64,000 nucleotides of DNA from Xylographa opegraphella (taxonomy: Eukaryota): the NCBI GenBank assembly GCA_022813865.1, contig JALDZX010000073.1, forward strand, positions 1 through 64,000, given 5' to 3'. Made by a program: the position numbers and the translations under genes. The first letter of the stretch is position 1; each line of letters begins with the position of its first letter. Shown one piece after another: positions 1-13,900 of this stretch. The notes below the pieces were generated by a model. It was not told where the DNA came from. It saw nothing but the letters and a program-made list of their open reading frames with translations, and did no database searches.

Positions 1-21
1 AGAAGACTCCTCTAGTTCTGC

Positions 22-309
22 ACTAAGCTAGGCCTAATCGGCTATAGTAAAGGACCAACAACACGGACTGCTAACGCCCTGATTTTCAACAGCTTTATTA
101 ATTTAATATAAAGTTTTAAATTAAATAGTAGAAAACTTAATTATTTCTTAAAGCGATTCTAAGTTTATAATTACTATAATACAAAGCAATATAGTGTGTA
201 AAAAACGTAATATATTATAAATATTATATAAAGGTTTACTGTTGAAAATCAGGGCGTTAGCAGTCTGTGTTGTTGGTCCTTTACTATAGCCGATTAGGCC
301 TAGCTTAGT
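22..309. repeat. Fold-back inverted repeat with AT-rich spacer (MITE-like or RIP-degraded element)
   Basis: 22-92 is the reverse complement of 239-309 (71 bp, one mismatch). The spacer 93-238 is very AT/TpA-rich. The right arm runs into an N gap. Confidence 0.85.
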
Positions 310-330
310 NNNNNNNNNNNNNNNNNNNNN
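310..330. other. Assembly gap (21 N)
   Basis: Run of n in the sequence. Confidence 0.99.
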
Positions 331-924
331 TGGAGCCCCGTCTCCAGAAGAACTCTTCACCTTCTTAGTGATTAAGCAATGCACTGTTACCTGCTGCCAT
401 TACCTGTGCCTAGTGATTAGTTTCAATATTTACGACTATATAAAATATTTGTTCGAGCGGGCGAAAGCCCTTTTTCAATACCCGAACCTCCGTAATACTC
501 CGCACCGAATCGGGCAGGTCGCTTACTAATGCGATTAAGCAAGCCGTTAGTTAGCGGCTTCGCCTGCGACAGTTCCTTACTAATTACTCCGTACTCGTTT
601 GTTTCAAAGACAACGATTCTGTATCGTAGCGAAGCCTAGCCTCAGCTCTAGCCTCTAGCTACCTACCTAAGGTACGGAGTTACCTGGTAGCAGCAGACTC
701 TCAAACCACATTCACTCACCTTCACCAACCTGCTGTCGCCATCATGGGAAGGTTGCGCTATACTCTATACACAACAAGGTGGAAGTCGTAAAATATCATG
801 CGTGACTGAACTGGTTCATCGAGTTGGATGATTAGCTGTGCTGCTATGGTCTGTTTTGATGTGCTTGAGAGCTACTGGATATCATTTATGCTCCGCGTTC
901 CATCAGATTTCGCGCGCTTTATAC

Positions 925-1017
925 ACGCGTTCCAGCATATAGTCGTGGCTGCAATCTGATTGTTGTTATTCTCTCATTGTCGAGCTGCGGCTGGGTACTG
1001 AATACTGCCAAACGCGT
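925..1017 (+). promoter_or_regulatory. Two MCB-like ACGCGT elements upstream of the EZH2/KMT6 gene
   Basis: ACGCGT at 925-930 and 1012-1017, with additional CGCG cores near 894 and 911. Confidence 0.35.
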
Positions 1018-1034
1018 CATTCTTGGTGAGCGAG

Positions 1035-4000
1035 ATGAACCACAACGCGCTTGTAGACTTGACGGGGAGCTCGGATGAAGAAAGATCTTCGAAGAGGCTG
1101 AGGTTACATCATGACGGCCGCTACTCCGTTATGAAGGTTTCCAACCTGATAGATCTTACCGTTGAAGAACATGCCGATTCTCTACAACCCGGAGACCTGG
1201 TTCCTCCATTCTCACCATCCCGGCAGAATGTCTACCGGACCCCAGTTTTGGTTGACAGGTACTCCGAGATGAAATCCCTGCAGTCGGATGCCATTTTGAG
1301 CCTCTCCAACAAAGCACCTGTGTATAAAGACATCGGCCAGGTCAATGGTGCTCTGATGAAGCTGAATGGACGTCCTCTGGCGCAAATGACCGTCTCCAGG
1401 AATTCCATATCTGATCAGAGATTAGAGGACATACAGACCTTGCAGCAGCCTACTATCAATGCAAATCTATCGAGTACTCCACCTAAGAACACGCTGAGCG
1501 TGCTGACCGCACTAACCGACAATGAGAAGTCACTAGCACTGCACACTCCCATTGGGGAAGTTCCCAAAGCCGCGGAAAACCAAGCATCTGCTCCACGAAT
1601 TCGTGAAGATGTCAGTGTTTCATCCCCGGCGGCAATAAGCTATGCTACACCGGACGCTGAGAGAGAATCAACGGAAGTTGAACAACTAAAAGAATTGCCT
1701 TTGACGTTCGCAGCTGTTCAAGCAACATTACAAAATTGTTTGCATGAGTTACGTGGGGACCACCAATACTATATTAAAGTAAGCACTTCGAATGTGTTTA
1801 TGCTTATTGTGCTAAACGTACGTAGTCCAGGTTAGCACATGCTCGCCAGCAACACACATCATGCACCGTTTTTGGGATAAATCTCACCGCTGTTACTGCC
1901 ACTACCAGCGTACAATCCCGGCCTACTTTGAATAAGGAAAATGGCTTCCTCCAGAGAACTTCTCCGTTTAGGCATCTAGTGGCGCTACAGCGAGACAAAG
2001 ACGGCGCTCATGCTGGTCAACAGATGACGGGAAGACTATGTCAGCTTGGTGCCAAAGCAACAAAGCAAGGCCCAGAGATCACCACTGCACCTTGTATCGC
2101 ATATAGCACTGGCAATGTGGCCATTCCGCCCTACACCAACTACATATCCACAAAGCGGAACATTCTTGTTGAAGATGATAAAAACAGGACTTCTCTTCCA
2201 TATTATGGAGACGACGTTCCCGTGGATCGGGACTCGGCCGATCTCGAATCTCGAATCACTCAAAACAGGTCTTATTACCATCACACTAATTCAATTGCAG
2301 AGAAAGCGAAGCTTTACGGGCCCTATGCAGAGTCGTTCCTTGCCAAGCTGGGATGCGATGTCTCCATGGTACTCAGATATCTTCTTGACGAAACGAGTCC
2401 GGCAGCGCCCGAAGAACTTCCTCCAAACTTAGCCACAGTGTGGCTCAATCGCGAAGCTCATCTTAATGAAGGCTACTACGACGACAGTGAAGATTTCGAT
2501 TCTTCAGTAGCGCAGCATCGTCCAAAGGCAAGACGGCCACAAAAGCAGTGGACCGCTGTGTTCAACGACCTCCCAGGCCCTTCCACAAGCAGAGAGGCTG
2601 CTGCTGCAGGTATCGCCTGTACTGCATTCGCAAACATTTTGGACTTGAGTCTGTGGCACGTCGTGAAGAGACATCGCCTAGTCTTGGATGCTGTAACCAG
2701 AAAAACCAGGACAGCTGACAAGGATGCTCGAATTTCGCGTGCTATCAATAGTTCACCGGACGGTTCGCTAAGCCCGATAAGGGATTCTGATCCCCTTGGA
2801 ACTTATGCCGATCTAGGATGCTTGGTATGTTATGCGTAGGTCTCCAATAACTGCGTTCAAGGCTTGAAGTATCGGAGTTAATAGAACCAATGTAGACACG
2901 AATGCCCTGGACACGGAGAATATGAGGACAACGATGACCAGAAGAATGTCCGGGTTCGAATCAACGCGAAACCTCCATCTCCAAAACTACCCAAGGACAA
3001 ACCTGATCGTCACATTACGAAAGAAGAGATGACAAAAGTCGTTTCATCGTTATCAGCAGCAGCAATTGGAATCAATGAGGATAGAAGTATCACCGGTAAG
3101 CCATGGGCTTGGTTCAACAACGAAGAATCAGGATTCAAGGATGATGAGATGTGCTCAGACAAGTGCTTCTGGCTCAAGAGTAACCGATTTATATCATCGT
3201 CGTCCTGGAATGATGATGACCTGAAGCTTTTCAATACTCTTATACCTGCACATCAAGCTAATCGCCGAGGCTGTTGCTTGCTTGCTCTTAGTATGAACAA
3301 GCCTTGTAATGAGGTGTGCATATGGCCCTTCATTGAAAATGTTAATGCTAACGTGGATGGAGGTTTTTCTCCAGGTCCTTCGTGCCGCAGCAACGACTTC
3401 ATCCTTGGCACCAAGAAGAGACGTGAGCGCTGCTCTTCCAAACAGTCGCCTGCCAACCCGCAAACATTTTGATTACTGGCTGGAACATTCAAGTACATGG
3501 GCACACCACGAGAGGCCGCCCTTCAAGCCTTGCAGTCATCTTGGTCCTTGTAATGCTTCTACCGATTGCCGTTGCCATCAACAGCAAGTCACATGTGAGA
3601 AGACATGCCTATGTCCGGACGGATGCAATAGACTTTACCGTGGCTGTATATGTGCTGCTCGTGGTAAGGTATGTTGGCAAAACGAGAAATGCGATTGCTA
3701 TCGACTAAACCGTGAGTGTGACCCGGATCTTTGTCAAAATTGCGGAGCGAATGAAGTTCTGGATCCTGCAAATCGGTACCGGACAGATTTGGCTGAAGGC
3801 AAATGTACAAACGTATATGTGCAGCGCGAGGTGCCTCGACGCACACTGCTGGGCCATTCAAAGCTTATGGCGAGTGGTGGAATATCAGGGTGGGGACTAT
3901 ACATGGGTGAAGCAACGAAGAAGGGTGAATATATTGGAGAATATGTTGGGGAAGTCATCTCGAAGGAAGAAAGCGAGCGAAGAGGTATCATATACAATAA

Positions 4001-4813
4001 ACGGAACCTTTCCTATCTCTTCGACCTCAACTCATGTAAGTAAGCATTAGATGCTTTTCATCTGTAGAACATGACTAACAATTCCTAGCTCAAACACTTG
4101 ACAGTACCTTAGTCGGAAACAAATTGCGCTATATAAATCATCAAGCACCACCTTATGCCAACTGCCAAGCCAAGACTCTTTTCTGTAATATGGTGCACAG
4201 GATTGGGATGTTTGCATGCCGTAATATCGAGGTCGGAGAGGAGATACTATTTGATTACGGGTTCGTTTTACTTTTCCTGCCTTCTGACGACTACTAATCA
4301 TACTTACACTACTGAAGGGAGGGATTTGCGGCCAAGTTTGATCTCATCAAACTTGACGACCAAGCACAGCCAACGATAGAACGTCGTCGAAAGGGTATCG
4401 CGTACCGGATCAACAAGGACCCTATGAGACCTCCAACACTTAGTAAAAATGGAAAGAAGATTGGAAGACCCCGGAAAAATGCTTTATATGGCCAAGATGT
4501 TAAGAAAACCGCTGGAATGGTGGAACCAACATCAGAATCGAAAGCGAAAATAATAGCGACTGCGACGAAAAGATCGCACAAACGGAAAATACCGTTGCCT
4601 GAGCCTGTATTAGACAAGGTAGTCGATGATCAAAACTTTGAGGATATCCTCCCTTCTGATGGGCTTAGAGAGGATACCAGCAGTGACTCCTTTCGTTGGA
4701 CCGATGACGAAGAGGACGAATTTGAAATGATGCGACCTGCCCCGCTTGATGCCTCAAGGAAACGTAGTCCACGATCAAGAATATTAAGCCGGGGCCAACT
4801 AGAGGGCATGTGA
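1035..4813 (+). CDS. KMT6: Histone H3K27 methyltransferase, PRC2 catalytic subunit (EZH2/KMT6/SET-7), multi-exon
   Basis: Cys-rich CXC domain (PCSHLGPC...CEKTCLC...NRECDPDLC) followed by a SET domain (GWGLY...IGEYVGEVIS...YLFDLN / GNKLRYINH...RIGMFA...GEEILFDYG). Introns at about 1779-1825, 2835-2895, 3314-3362, 4037-4088 and 4261-4317 restore the frame. Confidence 0.92.
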
Positions 4814-5675
4814 ACGGCGTGGGTTCCTTGGATGTGAGGACTTTGAGAGTGCTCAGTGATCGGGACTTCGAGATAGGTGACACGCGTGAACTCCAGATGC
4901 TGGAGAATCCTCGACCAAAAGCCACTTTGAAGACATGTCGTGGTGAAAGCTCTGCAGAGTCACGAGCCAGATCTATTGCACAATCCGCTGCACTATATCA
5001 CAGTAGTCACAACGCCGAGACACCTTGAGGACATGGAGGGGAGACTCACCATGCGACTATAGAGTCAGGGAGAGGGAAAGAAAACCAGACAGAGGCTTTT
5101 GGACGAGGATTTGCGGATCTCCGAGTACAATCAGACAAAAATGAAGGATAGCTACACGAATGACGCCGTACAATGCGGTGGTCCCTTAGCTTAGTACGCA
5201 GACAAAACACACGAGCATGGAAAGCCACAGCGGTCTAGTGGTTGTTCAACGCTCTCGAATAGACTGGAAAGGAGATCAGGAGGCGGGGCTAGGAAACATA
5301 GGCGGCGCCGATAACAGAATTGTGGAACGTCGGATACCCTGTCAGTATTACTTCACGACATAGCTCATTGCATCTGCTTTCTTCAGTGCAATCAGTCCAC
5401 CATGGCCCCGAGGAATATGGTGGGACTCGCTGTGAATACTTCTAGCGAAGAGCTATACTGGCAAAGCAAACATCCTCAGGTTGAGAAATTCCTGGTTGCC
5501 AAACTACTTTTCTTATACATATGCTATCACTTAGCATTGACAGTATCTAAGATCCTCCTCAAATTTGTTAGATCCTTAACCACCTTCTAAATCCACATTT
5601 TACCATTTGCAACAAGCTTCTACTTTGCCTATTGCAAAAGGTATTATGCCATCTTTCGCGCCGTTTCCTCACTTG

Positions 5676-8095
5676 TCAAAATCGGCCCCACCTCGAGAGA
5701 TATGGTTGTGAGTCTTCAACATTCACATATCGGTGGGTCATGCAAACAATTGCTGCCTCGGCGTAATACAACCTTGCCTTTCCTACACTTCTACTGTCAT
5801 TCTGTTTTGGCTCGAGCATTCCAGCCATAGCGATTCTGATGTCACATTGATCTACCATTGATACCGCTTGCTAATACGGCTATCATTGCTTTGTGCTGGT
5901 TTCAGTGTCTTCTCTAGAATGCGTCATTCTTCAAGATTAACGATGTATATATGATACAGCATAAGCCTGCTTTGCCCGGCCCTCGATCTCTCCCTACCCG
6001 TCTCCAGTCCTTGATATCCACAACTGGCGTTAATGTCAATGCTTCTCCAATAGTGGCTGTCGTTCTGAAATCTGTTCGGCTATATGACCAGCTGAGATGT
6101 CGTCACTGGAGGTAATGAGGGGTTGCTTTGAATTGGTTGACGGTAAGATGAACCTACCGCAATGATGACCTGGAACGCATATGCTTTATTTGGTGAACAA
6201 CGGAGTTATTGGGATCGTAGGCCTCGGGGGGACGTTGGACACGAATGACATGTACGAAAGACAGACAAAAGGACTTGCTATGTTACCAGCTCGCAACCTG
6301 GCGGCATATGCCGGCGTGTTCTCGGGGAGAATTCCTGTCGACTGAAAGCTGGGACGAGCTCAACCTCCGCGCTGGCGTCGACGAATCACCAAGCCCAGAT
6401 GTCCACATGACATCCTGTACTGCAGCTAAGCAATCTATCCCCACTAGCTCTCCGAGGTATATAACAGATTGATCCAGATTCGTGGACTTGGCCAGAGAGT
6501 TGGACAAACGCATATACCAGGACGAGACAGGGGTCCTATCTCACTCTTATCTGCTCCGCCTCGAAGAATGAAGAACCAAAAGTACCAATAATATTATATG
6601 TGCTACCAGCGGACTGGGCGAGGGTTTGAGTATATCCAATGTCGATGTTACTGTTTGTTTCAACAATACCTATTCGTCGAAAGATTCTATGCAACAGTCT
6701 GGTAATAACGGACGTCAAGGTCAGCCCACTGTCTTCTGGTCTATTCTTATTTTTTGCCACCACCTCAGGCTGTCGTCGTACGCCTCTCTCCTTAAATATG
6801 GACGGTATCTCAGTCACACGTGATAGTTGTATGGGGCCATGTTGAAGAATTATAATTTTACATCTTCAAGTCAATAGGGCAATTCTGATGATCTGTTTCT
6901 GTAGATGATGCGTAAAGAGCGAGCTCTGCGGGATTTTCATCTATATTGAACCGCAAAGCCATTCTTCTCTCAACTGTCTCCTCAGCCACCGGTCACACCT
7001 TCGTTATGACTTCGCCACCTACGAAGCGGATAGTGCACAACAGACTCGCCAAGGACGTCAAGCTGTGAGCAGACGTATACAGGAGTACTGGCCAAGGAGG
7101 AAAGCAAGGCGAAGGACCGGCCAACTAGGCTTGATTCAAAGCCTGCTACAGAATCGAGAGCCATCAAAAGAGTCATCAAAGCAGGAGAGGTTGAGATCTA
7201 ATAAGAACTCTCTCACCAATTCAATCCAAACGAGAGTAGACCCTTTATGTCCGTCGGCACTATTTCGTCAACTTCCTGCCTTATCTATGTTACAGCTCTT
7301 CGTCCGAGTGACGATGAGGAAGTTCGGCCTAGGTATTGGGACCGAAAAGTTGCTCAGGCGTGTGGTCAAATCTGTCGACGTCGGATTTTGTGTCTCGGAT
7401 TTCAAAATAGGTTGCGTTAATTTCTACAGTTCTCGTTTGCAACCATACCGATTGGGAAAGTCATTCCCTGACTCTAGCGCACGTTTTAGGAGGACCCAGT
7501 TACTTCGACCTCTTCTAGACAAAGATTTCACGAACAAGGCAATCTCACGAAAACACATAAAAGAAGTGGTCAGCAAGACGGCGAGAGCCACAAAGTTGTG
7601 TTCGTCAACATCCTTTTCCATGGCTTCCTCATCCCGGGTGCTGGCTACATATGAAATATTCTTAACGAACCTATAAGCCCATGATACCAAGGCCTCCTTT
7701 GCTTCTCTTTCAAGACCAGGTAATTTGACTCGTTGACTGCTCTTCCTGTTCGTCTTGCTTGACTTTGACCACTCCTCTTGAACGTTTCTTCTTTGTCAAG
7801 CTTTTCGTGCTCCTTTGTAAACTTTGTTTTCAAGCATCCCCGAAGTGTTTCCGGACGATATCAGTGACTCGATTATCATGAAATTACCTCCGAGCATTGG
7901 CAACGCGATTTTGAAAGATGAGAAAACCACGACTGTATCGAAAGCGCTTCCCGGTGTCTCCGACGTGTCTCCGCACATGTCGGAGATGTAGTTACTCCAG
8001 ACATGTTTCCAAGCATGACACCTAGCTCGCAAGGCGTGCCAGGATTCATTGGGACCGTAGGCGAGGGTGGTGAATTCATGGAGACAGCACACCAT
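5676..8095 (-). pseudogene. Possible decayed gene remnants in a 6 kb gene-poor interval
   Basis: Several short protein-like ORF fragments on the minus strand, interrupted by stops. No recognisable domain. Confidence 0.15.
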
Positions 8096-10950
8096 AGCTC
8101 AGAAATTTCAGATCTCAGACTGCATCCTTAGATGCGTCTTCTCGTTCGCTCCGCCGGACCTAGTCATCCCGCAATTGAGGACTTCGACGTGGAATCACTG
8201 CGTGCAGATGTACCGCATGGTCTGCTCGCGGGTGAGAGAAAGAAGAAAGATGTTGGCAGAGTATCTCTTGTGGTCATCACATCGCCCTGATCTATTCGCA
8301 CAGTGCTGGAGCTTCCATACTAAATATCTTATTGATAAAGTATTATCCTGACGCTAAGCTTGCAAATAACGAGTCCATGCATTGTACCCTCGGCGTAACT
8401 TGTCTGTTACGCAAGAGTCGGATATGCAAGGAATACAAAATTACAATTGGGAAAGCAGAAGGAGGCAGTCCCTCTAGAATTTGCAATGCCATCATCCTAG
8501 CACCCTGCAGGCCGTTGCAGAAGCAGCAGCTTGTCATGGAGGCAGCAGAACTAAATCCTGGACCTAGACTATATCACTCGGAAGACGGAACGAGATAGCG
8601 AAGGACAGACAAATTCCAACATGGAGATCGTACACTGCTTCGGCTTGTCTACACCAGGCCTCCCAAGCGATGTCCTCTTTGTGAGTCGGGCTCTGGATCT
8701 GTTTTTGTTTCATTGACTCACCCTATGAATCTGAGTCCGGCATTATCCTATCAGTTACTTAGCGAGACGTTATACGGAACCTCAAGAACGCACTGAATAA
8801 TCCTTTACAGCAGTCGATTACAGACACGGCCTTGATGAACAACTCAGACATAAATATAGAAAACCTTATTATTATTTTATATAAAATTATCTTAAAACAC
8901 CACATAACCGCGCCTACTATCACCAATCCACTCATGTATCTCTGAGCCGTTTATGGCTTTCAACCTTTCAGCATGACATCCCAAGGGCCTTCATTCACTA
9001 AACATACTATCGGCATTCTTGTACACTTCTAGGGTATCAGAAGAAGAATCCAGACAAAGCCAAGGCGACTTCCCACGTCGACGGGTCTATAGAATACTAC
9101 TCTCCGTTTACCCTAGCTGATAGTTTCCAGCACGCGTGGACTGATCACACGCACATACGAGGCTAACGCAAGAGCCTTGGAATGAAAATAATTCCTAACA
9201 TAAGAACACAAAATCACGCACGGAATCCTCCGCACCATACGTGAAAAACGTTGCGATAGGTTCTCCAGACTACTTAGAACTGTCATGATTCGTAGAAGCA
9301 GCGAGACAGACTGAATCGGCAATGAAATCGCGAAACTAAATCCAGGTATGGAATTGGCTGGAAATTGGAATAAGAAATGTTATTTCCTCCTCGTGGCTAG
9401 GGTACCTGGAGGTTCTATATGTTGGCTGTTGCATTATTTGTATTAATATTTGTATCGTGTGACTATCCCGACGCCATGCTTGGTGGTTCTATTTCATTAT
9501 ATACATATGATCGATGACCGAGAACAAACACGAATGCTAGAGGGCGGCGTTACAAAGTGGACTAGCTGATCGCCGGCATACTTCACTTAATTCATATCAC
9601 TACAAGCCGTGAGCATGATTTTTGCCAGCCCAACAAGCAAGTCCGGTTTTGATAAGGGTGAGTCATCCTATCATTTGAAGAAGCCAGAGAGCTTCATCCT
9701 AGGTGCAGCCTGCTCGAACGGGGCCGATGCCGAATGCTGGAAATAAGAAGGCAGGATCTGCACACGACTGGCGTATATACGGTACGAACGGCGAAGCATT
9801 TAGGGAATCTTTCGGCGAAACGGTTGCCGAACACGAGCAGCTGGGCGTCCTTTATGTCAGCTCCCAGTTAGTGCTGTTACAGAGATGAAGCGAGCGCTGG
9901 AAGGGGCGTTCTCGAGTTCGGTATAACTTGGGAGCAATTGGGCGTCAAAGCACAACGTGCGTAGGATCAATGTGTCGAGGATCAAAACAAACGTCGAGAT
10001 ACGGATACAGTGAAGCGGTGAAAGACGAGCGGGGAATGCTGCGAGAGCACATGCAGGAAGTGCCCGGACGAACGCAGTGAATGATGAGCTGCTTGGAGCC
10101 TTGGTTCAACGATCATCGGGAGCTTTTATAATGGTATACAAAGGTTTCGGAGAGACGGGAGAGAGGAGTCATTGAGTTTGAAAGCTGCTACTGGGAAAAG
10201 GTGCCAAAAACGGGTGTTTGCTGATCTTTTCTGCTTGCTGGTGAGGACACAAGTCACAAAGGAGGAGAGGAAGGGCACTTTAGGAGCTTCGGGTTGTTAA
10301 ATAGTGCCTCCTAGATTTGATTCCCTATAACTCAAAACCGATACTAAAATCTCCCAACTGGCGCTGTATCAATCAATAGAGAACTGTGACAACACCTGAG
10401 GATGGACTTATAATATACACAGCGACTGTTCGACATTGGAAACATGGCCAGCAGGAAGCAGAAGTCCAGCTCAACACCTTGTTTGTAGATCTTCGTCATC
10501 TCGTTGCGCAAAATCCCTTCCTACTAAAAGTCCAAGCGCCGTTTCGGTTCGGCATCTATGAGCCTGTCTACTCCAGGCTACCTTGGTAAGACCAGTAGTC
10601 GAGGTCACAGCTTATTCCACATGAGAATCGGCTGCAGAGAGTAGGCATAAACGCAGGCGTCAAGGCCATCTGCAGCGCAAGTAGCCTAGAACTCTTCATG
10701 AGTCATGTACGAGGCAACGCAGGATCATTAATTGCCATTCGCTGAGTCATCGGTGACAGAATAACCTGCGTGCGGCTTGAGGATTTACCCCGGTGCCGCT
10801 AGTTGGGAGATTGGAGATGTGATCTGCTGCAGTGGAGACGTCCACAGGCAGGAAGCAAATCTCTGCACGCCATGGGACTCTATTGAAAGGTGTTTCCGGC
10901 ACGCAATGAGCTAATCCATGAGAGAAAGGGGGATCTCAGAATTCGAATTT

Positions 10951-13900
10951 CTAAGATTCCGCCATGGTCTTTCTATTCTTCCTCGCCGCCTTCGTACGCT
11001 TCGTAGTCTTCTTCGGTGCTTGGTACTCATCGTCGCCACTCATAGACTCCGTATCAGCATCATCAACTGGAGCAGCTCTCTTCCTGGCTCGTGGCCGCTT
11101 GGCCTTCATACTGTCTTTCCCGGTCGCAGTATTCACCGTAGCTGTGTCAGCTTCCGCGCCCACCTGAGTGGTCGTGTCATTCTCCGTCTCCGCCTCATGC
11201 AACCCACCAGCTTCATCCTCACCATGGGTCCTCTCCTTTGCCCGAGCGTGCAGCCTTCCCAAAGCCGTTTCCATCCGCTTGCTCTTCCCCTCGCCTCTTC
11301 GCCTTGGCGCGAAAGCGTTGTTGCTGCTTTTTTCCCTGGCACCAGCTCCTACTCCTCCACTAAAGAATTGCGTGATGTTCGCTTGCGTGCCTTCGTTCTC
11401 TCTACGGTTCATGTCCCTGATCACCGGAACCAATATCTCATCAGCGCGTTCCTGGTTCCATCCAATGGTTGCCATGAGGTAGCCTCTGAGCGCGTCGAGG
11501 TCAGGCACACCCCATGCGAAAGGAGAGGGATCACTATCAACTTCTGGATGTAAATAAGCGTGATCAACGCGCTTATCCGGAAAAATTGGAGGTAGGAACA
11601 GCTTAGTTACATTCCGCTTGAACTTCCGGCGGAATGCCGAGGACGCGTCCTCCGCATGTGTGTGACCTATTTGGATTTCTGTCCACCAATCTCTAAAAGC
11701 GTCCAAGTTTTCGAATTCGGAAAGAATTTCGAGCGCAGTAACTGGACCTACCGAAGGAATGCCTTCTGTGTAGTCGCTACCGAGGAGGTGAGCAATCTGT
11801 ATAATCTTATTGCGGTCGAGTGAATATTCCTTCTCGAGATCCGAAGAGAGATAACACTCGACGAACTTGGCTTGATTGAACATGTTTTTGTAGACACGGG
11901 TCCCACCGAAGAGAAAGATATCAGAGTCATCTGTCACAATACCATCAACCAGTCCCAGATGAAGAAGTTCTGCGCACTGAGCCTCCGCTTCCATGGGTGC
12001 TGTGATATATGGAAGGCCGAAGAGCTTGAGGAGCTGCTGACATTCCGTTACCATCACGTGTGAGACTTCATCTGCATCTCGGCGATCCTTTTTCTGTTGG
12101 TTTCGGAGTTGCCGTAGTTCTCGCTCGTAGTCCTCCGCACTCTGGACATGGGAGCCTGAATTGAGTGTAGCAGCAAAACGAGCATGTTCTTCAGCTTCCA
12201 CGGCCAATTGCCGCATTAGCTCTTCGTCTTCAGGGTCGGAGTATATGTCTGCATCATCCACCATGTCGACATCGTCGGGAATAGGTGCAGTTGCTTCGTC
12301 GTCGTTCGGAGAATGTACCGAAGCCCCATCCTCTGCCGGCATGGTAACGGAAGGGTGAGGCTGCATTGGTGATCCAGGGATTCCGATGCTTTCAAACTTC
12401 GGAGATGGCGCCCGAGGCTCTTCCGGCTGGAACTCACCACCCACGGGTTTTAGCACACTTGCTCCTGTATTATTCTTGACCCTATCCTCATCAATATCGC
12501 TTTCTTCCCATGCGATAGGCTCTTCCTCCGAATGGTCTGCGGACGTTGGTTTCCGTGTAGCATCTTGCACTTCATTTGAAGTTATCGGCACAGGAATACT
12601 TTGCGATGGTAACTCAGACTTTGGAGGTTCTGCACGCACTAGATCCGCGATATCTCCCATCCGAACTTCGGAGTCCACGTAAACAGTTTCTCCCATCACC
12701 ATATCATCAACATCATCCTCGCTCTCGGTGGATTCGACTTCAATGAGTTCGTTGCTTATTGTTTTAGGACCTTCAAGATCAATAACCTCCGCAGTCTCGT
12801 ATCGCTTCAGAATTGGTCTGACATCCTGGAGCAATGCCCTCGCCTGAATGTTGGTCCCATCGTGCTTAGCATCCTCGATCTCCTTCTGCCTCTGTGCATT
12901 GTAGTCTTGCCTTATATCGCCGGAGAACCAAGGCGGTATAGGTTGTGGTGCGCTTTCTTGCTCAGCATCTTTCTCGAAGCCGCCCTCTTCTTCGAGCGGT
13001 TTCTTCTTCTTCTTTGTCAACATAGACTTGCCTAGGCTGAGTGACTCGAATGGTAGTGGTCCATCAAATCCGGTGACCTTTGCAAGCGGTGGAAAATTCA
13101 CAGAGCTAGCTCGTTTAGGAGACTCAGGACCAGAGAGACCCTGCTTGTCCTTCCGACGCAAGCCGCTAACATATGGATCGTTATGAGGCTGATATTTTGT
13201 GCGCCTAGATTCGGCAAGAGCTGCCTGAATGTCCATGTTCTCTGCATCGTCGGCATCTTCCTCGAATGGACGAGGTGCAGTATCGCGCGCTCTAGCATTC
13301 GCAACATGGGCAAATGCTCGCCCAGCTTTTGCATTTCGCTGATTGAAGTCAAGAGGCTTGTCCAATCTAGGTCCGTTGAGCATAGCAACAGAATGGGTCT
13401 TCATTTCTGAATCTAGACTGTCGTCTTGCTCCGGGTCCTCAAGTGACATGGCAATGGCCTTTTGCAAATCGTTTTCTTCATCCGACATTTTCGGTATTAC
13501 ATCTTCAAAAAGATCATCATCTTCTTCACCGTCAGAAGTATGCTTTGGTACGCTGCTCTGCGGTACGAATAATGAATCCGGGTCTTCGTCGATAGCCTCT
13601 TCCCTTGTATGACGCGAAGGATCTGCTGCTTCCTGCCTAGCTCTGTAAAGTGCTTTTCGTCGCTCGACAGCTTCGTTGGAAGCATAGTCCTGATTGTAGT
13701 CTCCAGCATTACGTGTAGCAAGTCGCTTGGGTAGTCGATTCAAGCCTTCGATTGGTACATCTTCGAAGCGGTCATCCTCCCATTCATCCTCGTCTTCCTC
13801 TATTTTTGCGTTGTTTCCCAAGTCATCCACATCAATTGGCTTATTCCTTTCTCCTTCTTGTTTATTACTTACGACACCCAGAGCCCATCCACCCTCAACT

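Noticed and set aside
4810..5028. Short ORF overlapping the KMT6 stop as a frameshifted extension
   Set aside because: No usable intron or slippery site. Likely 3' UTR.
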